A DNA stretch of 64,000 nucleotides from Carcharhinus longimanus. Taxonomy: Eukaryota. Under the pieces are notes generated by a model. The model was not told the DNA's origin. It saw only the letters and a list, made by a program, of their open reading frames with translations, and did not search any database. Every line of letters starts with the position of its first letter. The stretch's first letter is position 1. Where the stretch lies: NCBI GenBank assembly GCA_030264375.1, contig JASCQW010000061.1:64930420-64994419 (forward strand), written 5' to 3'. A program made the translations under genes and the position numbers. Positions 11,832-21,975 of this stretch are shown here, piece after piece.

Positions 11832-12250
11832 TACAACAACATGAATTTATTTGGCTCCTTTGACATAACCATCTCAAGGCACTTCACAGGATTGCTATCA
11901 AACAAAATTTGGCATTGAGTCATAAAAGGAGATACTTGGACAGTTAACCAAAAATTCAGTCAAAAATGTATGTTTTAAGGAGGATCTGAAAGAAGTAAAG
12001 TCAGAAAAGTGTACAGGTTTAGGGAGGGAATTCCAAAGCCTAGGATGCATGCAGCTGAAGATGCAGTTATCAATGGCAGAGACGTGTGTGTGCAAGGGGC
12101 TATAATTGGAGGAGCACAGAGATCTTGGAGATTTGTAAGGAAGAAGGTTACAGAAATTGTGAGAGATGAGGCCACAAAGGGATTTGAAATCAAGGATCAG
12201 AATTTTTAATAGTGATCTCGCTGATCTGGAAACTAATGGACATGTAAGTA
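11832..12250 (-). mobile_element. L2-clade LINE 3' end
   Basis: Minus-strand PRLWNSLPKP..DFTSFRSSLKHTFL, followed by an L2-type tail (gtgaagtgccttgag...aaataaattcatgttgttg). Confidence 0.7.
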
Positions 12251-13181
12251 TGCTAATTTACCAAACACAGGGCTGATAAAGTAAGGATGTCTATGACCAT
12301 CTTAGCACAGACCAGAAACTTCCCTGGTCTATCATGTTAAGCAAAATATAAGCATTTACTTTTTGAGTGTTTGGGCAGGTTGGATCAAATATTTCTTTAC
12401 AGCTGCCACTGATCTACTTTCACCCAAGTGACAGCTTTTTCATAACCACTGAACAATCTCCTATACAGCAAATACTAATTGTGCATTAAATTTAATTTCT
12501 AGCTGGATAGGGACAGCAGAGGGGGACTTTATTCTCCTACTAGAACAAAAATTCCTAATTTTCTCCCTTCATGATTATGTTCCCTTCGCTCACTCACATG
12601 TATTTTTTGCATCCAAAACTCTGAGCAACCAGTTTACTCTCAGGTATTGTCAAAACTGCAGTTCGTCAGTCACTGGGACACATGTAGAAGCTGTTTATTG
12701 GAGACTCTCCACATCCAATTTTCCTTTTGTTCTTTAAGTGAAGCATTTGGCCTCTGTTTAATGCTTCTCAGCAGATGCGTTACTGAAATTAGGGCAGCAG
12801 AGGAATGAAAGATTAAACTTTCATCCCACCAGTCCACATTGCTGTGGCTTCATGTTCCAACATGTCACAGTGTGGTTGTACTCAGCTTCAGAAATGATGG
12901 ACATTGATTCTGATGTACTGTGTAAGGATATGGTGGCAAGTTACGTAAAAACGTAACTTGCTTAATTTGAAAAGCTCGTCTCTGATTCTTGTTTTAACTG
13001 AACATATTCACTCATGTTTATTTGTTTCTACTATCACAGAATCTGTTTATCTGGATGAGCAGTTCTATTTTAAATAACAAAAATTATGGGATCAGCAACT
13101 TTGTTATATAAACCAGAAAATACTGGAAATACATTACATTTATAATCTATAGATTTTCCCACTGTAACTTTATTATGAATT

Positions 13182-13507
13182 GGTGGCATAGTGGCTTGTA
13201 CTGCTGCCTCACAGGTCTAGAGACTAAGTTCAATTCTGGCCTTGGGAGACAGAGTTGTGCTAGCACATTCTCCCAGTATCTGCACGGGTTTGCTCTGGGT
13301 ACTCCAGTTTCCTTCCTCAGTCCGAAGATGTGTAGGTTAGGTGAATTGGTGATGCTAAATTCCCCCTTACTGTCCCAAGATGTGTAGGTTAGGGGAAAAG
13401 TAAAGTAAATGCACAGGGTAATTGGGATAGGGCTGGGGGTGGGGGGAGGTGGGCAGGGGAGGTATTTGGCCCTGGGTTAGGGTTTCTATGGTTTTATGAT
13501 TCTATGA
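13182..13507 (+). mobile_element. HE1-like V-SINE, diverged
   Basis: ggtggcatagtgg...ctgctgcctcaca...gatgctaaattcccc...ttatgattctatga. Confidence 0.75.
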
Positions 13508-13619
13508 GATCATGAACAATGAACTGTAAAAATATAATGGACGACAACTGAGGAATGAACATTGCCCATCATTTGTTAGCCTCACCCTGCTCAAATAATT
13601 TATATGATATTTGCCCTGG

Positions 13620-14320
13620 AAGTTGTAATAGGTTAGATATCCAAATGGTATAATGTCCATTGCAGGACATCAGATCTCTATTTCAATTTCTGAACATTGG
13701 CCACCATTCATTAGACTTGCCCTTTCCAAGATAATTTCTATGACCTTTGCAATGTTAGATATGCAAATAAACAGTGCCCTCTGCAAGGCATCAGGACTCT
13801 GTATGAACAGGGCAGACAACTGTACATCTCTTTAACCAATCAGATGTAAGAATTGTTAATTGGCAGCTGAATCTGAACCAGAAAGTTAGGTTAGAGTAGT
13901 GAATTCAATATCAAATCTTTTACAGAAAATAAAATGAGGGGAAGCAAGACTGGATTAAGAGCAGGAGAAAGAAGAGACACAAATGAATGTATAACTTACA
14001 ATTTCTCTTTTAAGTTTTCAACAACAATCAAAATCTAAGCAATGAAACTCTACTCTTGCAAGAGTTAATTTTTGCTGTTGTTCGGCAGTAATTAAGGTTT
14101 ATTGACCAGGGTATTGAAATGGACACTCTACCTTTTGTGGCAACTTTAATGTATACCTATTACAGAAGCACAGGATCTCCACAAAATTCAGTACATTGGA
14201 ATGGGAGAGGGATGGGAGGAGGTGTTAAACAGCGACATACTGTTTGCCGTGATGTTTCCGGATATTTGTTTTTAATTACCTATCTGCATTGCCGAAAGCT
14301 ACTGTGTGATTTAAATGTAA
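13620..14320. repeat. Unclassified interspersed repeat, copy 2
   Basis: Same orientation as, and homologous to, 1260-1830. Confidence 0.55.
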
Positions 14321-17184
14321 GTAACAATCAGCACCATGAAGCCCACTATTATTTTTATAATAAACTCCAGACCATTATTTAGTTTGAATTAATATTGCTG
14401 CGATTGTTATACATATAGATGGTGTTTTGGCAACTCTACAGGTCCTGAATGTTAATTATATGTAATACAACTCATTAAGTGTTCTAATCCAACAGTTTGC
14501 ACACTTTACTATAATTATGTTACATTTACTTGAAGAGTCACAATTCCCAATAGTGTATGGTGCTCCACATACTCCAACACGGTGAGAGATCACATCGAAA
14601 GTGGAAATGAGAATTGGCAGAAGGCTTGGTATGCATAAAGAGGACAACAGAAAACAATAGAAGAAATTAATTAAAATTATTACTGGAAGCTGAAAATGCA
14701 GAGTACACATGAAATGTAGTCCAAAATAATCAATAAGCAATGGATGTTGTGTGCTCCAAATACTTTAGCATGTGAATTAAGCCATTCATAATGATTGTTA
14801 GCTGTTAATAAATTGCTCGTCTCTGGCTGTCAAGAATCTATGTTTATTTCCAAGAAAGTGCCATTCAGCAGTATAAAAACTGTCTGCTCTTTTTTTTTGT
14901 TCTTGGGTATGTTTTACCCTCGTCCTAAGTTGCCAGATGAGCTACCTCTGATTTCTTATGGTTTGGTCATGTCCCTAACCTTTACTCATACCTCTCTCTT
15001 GACAGCAATTTCACCCACCTCCTTCACCCATTCATAAAGATTTGAATCACAAGGAGTAAGGGCATCCCCTCTCTGACCTAGTGAGTCACACAAATATGTA
15101 CAGAAGTATGGAAAATGGAAGGAACTTTTTGGCTAATTTGGAGCTGTCACCACACTCCAGTCAACACTCATCAGATTTAACACATTTATTATCAACATTG
15201 CACACATAGCCCTGGGTTGTCTTCATAAGCACATTGATCTCTACGGGACATCAGCATGGCATTATAACATGTAACTATATTCACACTTCTGTGTCCCAGC
15301 TCCTCAGAGCACATCTTATGTGTGGGGCCAAATTGGCCTCATCCCTTTGCAGGGATTACATACTTGCTGGAAAAAAAAAGAAATATACAGTCTTAGCTTT
15401 TCATCTTGCACTCATCAAGTTAGATCCTTACCACTTCGATACAGTTTTTCAGACTGGTTCACAAACACACGAAACGCAGTCTCAAAATTTAAAATGCTCC
15501 AAAACACAAGCAGATCCATTGACATCTGCAAAATGAAAAATAGATTCAGACACCTGGTGGAGACTTCAAAAAAAATCTCTGAATTCCATCTGAAACTTTA
15601 ATCTGTCTTTTCTCAAAAACTCAAAGCCCTACGGTGGGATGTCCAGTATTTAGTGCCTTTATTTCTGACTTCCAATATTCTCAATTCTTTCTTTGTCATG
15701 ATCGTAACAATCTTGTGATCAATATAGTACGAATCAACCAATAAAATATTCACGCCTTCCAGCTTTTCTCAGCCTCAAACACACGGACTCGAAAATGTAA
15801 TAACAACAAAATATCAATTAAACAAATTCCTCTTATGTGTGTATTAAATACCTACTTTGTTCTTACTCTTTAATACCAGCTGATCTAATCCAATAAAGGG
15901 TTTTCCTCCGAGACAGTTAGTGATCCGATTAGTGGATCCCTGAGGATCATCCCAAGATTTCTACTTTGATGGAAAATTAGATTTTGCTTCCCATCAGCAG
16001 CTCAAAATTCAGGCAAAGCACTCCTCTGACCCAGCACACCCCAAAACTCTTCCGATTCTAAAACAATCGGTTGGTTTCTGTGACACACCTTTGTTAACAG
16101 GGATTACAACATTTATTAAAATGGAGCTCCAAGTCCTTTGCGGAATTAATAGTGCTTTGATAGAAATTGTGGTATTATTAGATGTTATTATGTACTGAGT
16201 GTCCTCAGTTATATGGAGATGCAACAAAGATATAGAACCCCACTGAGTGGCATTAGTGGCAGCTTCACTGTACCGCAGGGAGTCCATTGCTGGGAGGGAT
16301 TGTTTTTTACTCAGTGCATTAATATGATGGTGGCATAATTTTCTACAGACCTGCCTAATGTTCACAGCACACAGTAAAGACAACTTGTTAATTCAAGGAT
16401 ACGTGGACAAAATACGAGCCCCCTCATGAAAGTAGAACTAGTCTAGTTGATGCACTTGATTTGATTACCGTTCCTTTCACAGGGACATGTTTAAACCTAA
16501 TCTTTCCTACACTAAATGTTACCAGATTCCTATGACTAATGCTGTTATACAAACCTTACTCCCGTTTTATAACAGGCTGAAGATTCTCATTAGATCACGG
16601 TTTGGGCAACATGTGTTCATTCATATCAGCCGAACATTGCCACAGGGCAGAGTAAGTAGTTGATAAACAAATCGACATTCACGATATTTGCGTCCAGCAA
16701 GTATTTTATTGCGGAATAGCATTTTCCCCTTTTTCAATATTTTCTATCTACGGGTATCAATATAGGGAAAGTTTTCAATATTACAACGGGTATACTGCAG
16801 TTAAGTCATTCAGTCCTACTCTAAGGTTTGTCAGTTCACCTATAATCATCCCTGGTCATGAGGAGATGGAAAATGCGTTTATGTTATAAAAGATCACTTA
16901 GCTATCAGACACGGGTGATCAGTTGTCACGCCTTTTACTAGATCCAGCCTACTTTCAGCAATGATAATCCCAGGGGAGAAATGTCAAGTCACTTGACTTT
17001 CAATTACAGCAATTGATTATCATTTTAAAACTCTGTTACATTACTTTGAAAGTACTTACTGAGCGCAAGGAGATAAATATTAACAATTGTTTTGCTACCA
17101 TATGTAAGGGGACAAGGGAAATATAAAATACATCCGACCATTGCAGATTACTAGCTAATAATGCAGAATGCACCAGTATTCTAG

Positions 17185-17440
17185 GGATGGCACAGTGGAT
17201 AGTAATGCCGCCCCATAACCCTAGGGACCCGGGTTTGATTCCCGGGTCACTGTCTGTGCGGAGTCTGCATGTTCTCCCCGTGTCTGCATGCGTTCACTCC
17301 GGATGCTCTGGTTAGGTGCCAAATTCTCCCTCAGTGTGCCTGAACAGGCACCAGAGTGTGGCGACTAGGGGATTGTTACAGTAACATCATTGCAATTTTA
17401 ATGTAAGCTACTTGTGACATTAATAAATAAGCTAAACTTT
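17185..17440 (+). mobile_element. HE1-like V-SINE, type B tail, CpG-rich
   Basis: gatggcacagtgg...gggacccgggtttgattcccggg...tacttgtgacattaataaa. Confidence 0.85.
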
Positions 17441-19439
17441 AAGTATTCTCAGCGAATTTTAACAATAACGAGGTTTAAATCAATCACCAACAATTTGAAT
17501 TCATGCCCATCACTGTCACTGAAATGTCTAAACTCGATCACTAGTAACTAGTTAAAGTTAAAATCGAAGATAATGCGATAATTATGACAAGCATAACATT
17601 GTTATCAGAAAATATGTTCTGTTGTAAATAACACTCCTCCATCACTGTTTCATGCGGTTTCACCGGAATCGGGAAACCGACATAACGGTTGGAAAGTTAC
17701 TGCTGATACCTGTTGTTCCGAATGTAAATTGTCACTGGGTCCCAAGCACAAATCAAAATTGCAATCTCAATTGTCGCACTTGCATTGGATTATACCACGC
17801 TTTTCCAGATTTGTACAAGTCTTGGACACAGGTCAATAGCGAAGGACAAGTTAATCAAGCAAAAGGGTGGCGGGTGAACTAAATCGGACACCTGAAATAA
17901 AAATCAAACCGCAGGTTCCGGGGAAGGGATCTGCAAAAAATACCAAACTTCCACTCTACCCATCTGGGACTGAGATGACAAGTTTAAAAAATCTATTCCC
18001 ATAAAGAAAGGAAATGAACAGGAACCAGGAAATCCTTGGAAATAATTTGGATAAACTTTTGTAAAAGTTGCCGGAACAATCTCTCCAATCACTTCAAAAT
18101 ATGAAGCTTACATGGTTGCTTTTATTTCTCTTTTTCCCCTGGTTTTTTTCTGTTTGTTTCCTTCCACCCCACCCCCCCGCTCTCCCACCCCCCCATTAGT
18201 AAATTAGCCAATGAACATGGAGGAAGCCTTACCATTAATATAAGATTTTCGTGTGATCCTGAAAGATGTTAACTCGGTTTAATTTTTTTGGAAATGTTGC
18301 TGGCAATGTCTTGCATAGAGACTGGGGCATTCCTTTCCCTTTTACTTTACTTTATAACAAAAGGTTATAGTTGTTGTCTCCAGGTGCCCTTCTTATTCAT
18401 TCAGTCGCATCATGGCTCATGATGATTGTGGAGATTAAGCTGTCTCTGAAACAGCAAGTACTTCCGCGTATAGGAACCCGAGAGCGAAATCCTAAAAAAA
18501 AAGATAAACTCATCCTTCAAACAGTTACAGAAACGGCATTAGATTCACCTCCGCCTCTTATAGAGTGGGGTTCAAATATTTCAATAGTTATATATAATGA
18601 AATGATATCTTGGCATGAAATAGACAGCCCCTATGAATGAAGACAATTAAGTGATCCCCGTCACAGATAGATAGTTGCTGACTTCTGAACTATCCTCGTC
18701 TAATATACAAAACATGCAAACAATAGATTTGGCTCAGTTTTGAACTCATACAGGTTACATTATCCATTACAACTTCTAGTGAAAAACTTGCTAGAGTCCT
18801 GCTGGTTCACTGAGATCATGGGCACATCAAATAGATTCAACTGTTACCATATCTTCCAGCAACAGACAGGAGCTCTGCGTTGTGGAATAGATTAGGAAGA
18901 TTAATAAATTCTCTATCTTTTCCACCAATTCTCTGCGGAAAAATTTAACCATATGGAAGGCGAGAATTAGAATTTCATCACATTAGGGGAAAATGTAATG
19001 AAAAGAGTCGAACACCTGGGGCCAACTCTGAAAGACACAATTAAAAGGGTTTTAATGAAACCGGGGGAACAAATACATTGGTACCTCCAGTTATCCTGAC
19101 ACAGATTGATTTGCTGGAGGTGTTGTGGAATAGTACTCGGGACTGATGTCACAAGAATGAAAAGCTGCTACTAAACGCTCGGCGCCATCAAGGGCGATTA
19201 AAATCAAACAAGAATAGTCAGAAACGTGAAATGAGTTTGTACTGTTTCTGTTCAGCTCCGGGAAAAATTGCATAAATACACCTCGGCAGTTCCGCTGCTC
19301 TCTGCTTTTACGTTTGCCAGCTCTATGTATGATCGGGTCTAAGAGATGGGGAGCAGACTTGTAGGACTGGAGTATTAAGTGTGCTCATTGATGGGTGAAA
19401 GTCGCCACACATGTCAGCGCAAGGCATTTGTTCGTTTTC

Positions 19440-19800
19440 TAACGGGACAAAAAAGCCTTGAAAACATATGCGTTAAGTTGTGTATACAGATGGCTGGAGG
19501 AATAATGGACCGAGCGCCACCTCTGTAAGCTGTGGCGGTGTTTTCTCCTATGTATAAAGTGCATGTGTACATTCAGCGACCGGGGGCTGGGGAGCTCCTC
19601 TCCATTCAAATAGAGCAGTTAGGGAGAGGGGTAGATTTCGCCGTCTAGATTGTTTGTTACCGTTTTAATCCTATTAATTAAAACGTTAACCTGATTGGTG
19701 GAAGCTCGGTCCCAACAGGCAACCCTTCATAATAACCTGCTCGGAGATAATGATGTAAAAGACTCCCGTCTGCTGATCGCCACGGAAATATCTTGAAGGT
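19440..19800 (+). promoter_or_regulatory. Probable bhlhe22 proximal promoter
   Basis: E-boxes CATATG (19465-19470) and CAGATG (19487-19492), TAATCC (19666-19671), TTAATTAA (19674-19681), reverse CCAAT box CTGATTGG (19691-19698) and TATA-like TGTAAAAG (19754-19761), about 250 bp upstream of the ATG. The TSS itself is inferred. Confidence 0.55.
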
Positions 19801-19831
19801 GAATCCAAGCAGATAAGCGTTACGAGGTGTT

Positions 19832-19870
19832 CATCATCATCACCATCATCAGTAACAACAGCAGCAGCAC
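19832..19870 (+). repeat. Mixed CAT/CAC/CAA/CAG trinucleotide tract in the presumed 5' UTR
   Basis: Sequence catcatcatcaccatcatcagtaacaacagcagcagcac. Confidence 0.7.
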
Positions 19871-19968
19871 ATCGGCACAGATCACAGGGTTCAAAAAAGT
19901 GCAGGCATCACCATCAAGTGGTGAAAAGATCAAAGCCAGGACAAGTTGAGATATTAAAAGAGTAGTTT

Positions 19969-20004
19969 ATGCAACAGCAACAAAACCCCAGCCAACGGAC
20001 TTGA
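19969..20004 (+). other. Upstream [14 protein letters not shown] in the presumed bhlhe22 5' UTR
   Basis: ATG at 19969 in a weak context (tttATGc). TGA at 20002-20004, 10 nt before the main ATG. Confidence 0.5.
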
Positions 20005-20014
20005 TCTGGCGAGA

Positions 20015-20863
20015 ATGGAAAGGAGCCTCCACCTCGGTGCACCACAAGAGGATCTTTTCCACCAAACTCTCAGCGCCTCGGCCAAAAGGCTGGAGAGCAC
20101 TTTCCGCCCGGCCGCCGCGATCGAGCTCTCTCTGCCCGAGCCCCAGTCCCCCATGGTGTGCTACGAGCAGGCGGACCCCGAGCCTGTCCCCCAGCAGCCG
20201 GGGGGAGAGGGCGGAGGGGGGGCGCGGACTGGCAGCGCCAAGTACAGCGAGCAGCATGTCACCTCCTGCCGGGAGAGCAGCGGCGGCGACCAGAGCCTGG
20301 ACGATGACAGCGACGAGCGCTGCGAGTTGCTGCTGATGAGGCAGGGCGGCTCGGAGCGGCCGGGCTCGCTGGGAGCCATGGCCAAAGTGGACGGAGGAGC
20401 GGCCACCAAGAAGAACAAGGAGCAGCGAGCCCTGCGGCTCAGCATCAACGCCCGGGAGAGGAGGCGGATGCACGACTTAAACGACGCGCTGGACGAGCTG
20501 AGGTCGGTCATCCCTTACGCCCACAGCCCGTCCGTCCGCAAGCTCTCCAAAATCGCCACGCTGCTGCTGGCCAAGAACTACATCCTGATGCAGGCTCAGG
20601 CGCTGGAGGAGATGAGGAGGCTGGTGGCGTACCTCAACCAGGGCCAGAGCTTGCCGGCAGCGCTGCCCTCCTCCGCCGCCACCCTCACCCCCAGCCTGGG
20701 AGCCTACGAGCAAGCGGCGGCCGGCGGCTACCCGTTCACGGCCAGCGGCTTGGCGGTGGCGGCGGCGGCGGCGGCCAGCTGTCCGGAGAAGTGCGCCGCC
20801 ACCACCACCCTTTACAACAATGTCACATCCAGTCTCTGCAAACAGTGCAGCGACAAGCCTTAA
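20015..20863 (+). CDS. bhlhe22: Class E bHLH transcription factor 22 (Bhlhb5/Beta3), single exon, 282 aa
   Basis: Intact GC-rich ORF with a strong start context (agaATGg). The bHLH reads [70 protein letters not shown]. The N-terminus [21 protein letters not shown], the [19 protein letters not shown] segment and the C-terminus CPEKC...[11 protein letters not shown] match BHLHE22 rather than the paralogue BHLHE23. Confidence 0.96.
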   Translation: MERSLHLGAPQEDLFHQTLSASAKRLESTFRPAAAIELSLPEPQSPMVCYEQADPEPVPQQPGGEGGGGARTGSAKYSEQHVTSCRESSGGDQSLDDDSDERCELLLMRQGGSERPGSLGAMAKVDGGAATKKNKEQRALRLSINARERRRMHDLNDALDELRSVIPYAHSPSVRKLSKIATLLLAKNYILMQAQALEEMRRLVAYLNQGQSLPAALPSSAATLTPSLGAYEQAAAGGYPFTASGLAVAAAAAASCPEKCAATTTLYNNVTSSLCKQCSDKP

Positions 20864-21975
20864 ATAAATAAACCCCAGTCTTTTTTTAAAAAAAAGTAAA
20901 TAAAGAGGACCATTACATCGCGAGGGGGCAAATAAAAACAACCCACACACAAATGGAAATCAACAACAAAACCAGACTAAAGTCACCGCAACTGACTTTG
21001 TTGTTGTTTGGAGGTTATGTCTAGAATTGACTATTTGTACATAAATATTGTTGGAAAAGTTTGGGCGAGGAACTGGGGAGAGAGGACCAACAAAAGTTTC
21101 TTTTTGTTTGGAGCGGTGCATCTTTGGGTTTTTGAAGGGTTGATTTGGACAATTCCACGCTTTTAGAACTGCCCAGCCTCAACAATATTTGTCGGTTCAA
21201 AGGTTCCATCAGTATTAGTAGCTACTATGGATTATTTGTATTAGCTTCATCCAATGCTTTCTAAAACAGAATCTGTCCGCTATGATTACGGCTGCGATAC
21301 AGCTAAATTCCAGGCTGCATTCGTTCACTGCGCTCTTCAAACCGTCCTCCGAGTAGAGCTAGAGCTACAACCAGCCATACGACTTGTGTCCTTTTTTTTC
21401 GCTTGTGTGTGTGTTTTCTAGATATAAACATCACAATTGGAAAGGTAATGGAAGGGAAGCTCGGAAATCAATTATTTATTGTGACAAAGGGATTAGATGT
21501 CAATTTATTTCTTAACTGTGAACGAGTTGGGTTTTATAGAAAAAAAGGGGGTTTATGATACTGTAACATTACACGGTTTTGTTTGTTTCAGGTCTCTGTA
21601 CAGATTGAGATGTGTTTAAAATATTTTTGTTACGTTTCTTATGACAAAAACGCTATTTACCCAAAGTGAGCTTTTTGTTTGCATGACGGCACAGTGCCTG
21701 TCCATCTGCAATATATAAATATATAAATATCATATAAAATATGTATAAAACGGACTTGCGATGTTTTTACTGCTGTCGTGTGTTTGATTTGCAGTTTGTG
21801 CGAACTCTGGTTGACAAGTTGGTACCACTGCCTCCCTGAAAGGCTCTGTTGGCAGCTCATGATGAATGAGTGTGATGATGTACAAGTCTGGCCCTGATTA
21901 TAATATATAACCATTTGTATGTGTTATCCGTGTTGGAAGACAAATTTATTAAACATATTTTGAACAAACGACATC
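20864..21975 (+). promoter_or_regulatory. Probable bhlhe22 3' UTR with a Pumilio element and candidate poly(A) signals
   Basis: TE-free and AU-rich. TGTACATA at 21036-21043. AATAAA hexamers just after the stop (to ~20936) and a distal ATTAAA at 21948-21953 with TGTA about 30 nt upstream. Confidence 0.5.

Noticed and set aside
19511-19530. CTCF-like AGAGGTGGCGC in the promoter
   Set aside because: Only the 3' half matches the consensus.
19954-20950. Antisense and alternative-frame ORFs of 66-168 aa over bhlhe22
   Set aside because: Expected shadows of a GC-rich CDS with few stop codons; no recognisable domains.
21655-21705. Possible miR-9 (CCAAAG) and miR-124 (GTGCCT) sites in the 3' UTR
   Set aside because: Only 6-mer or offset matches, expected by chance.
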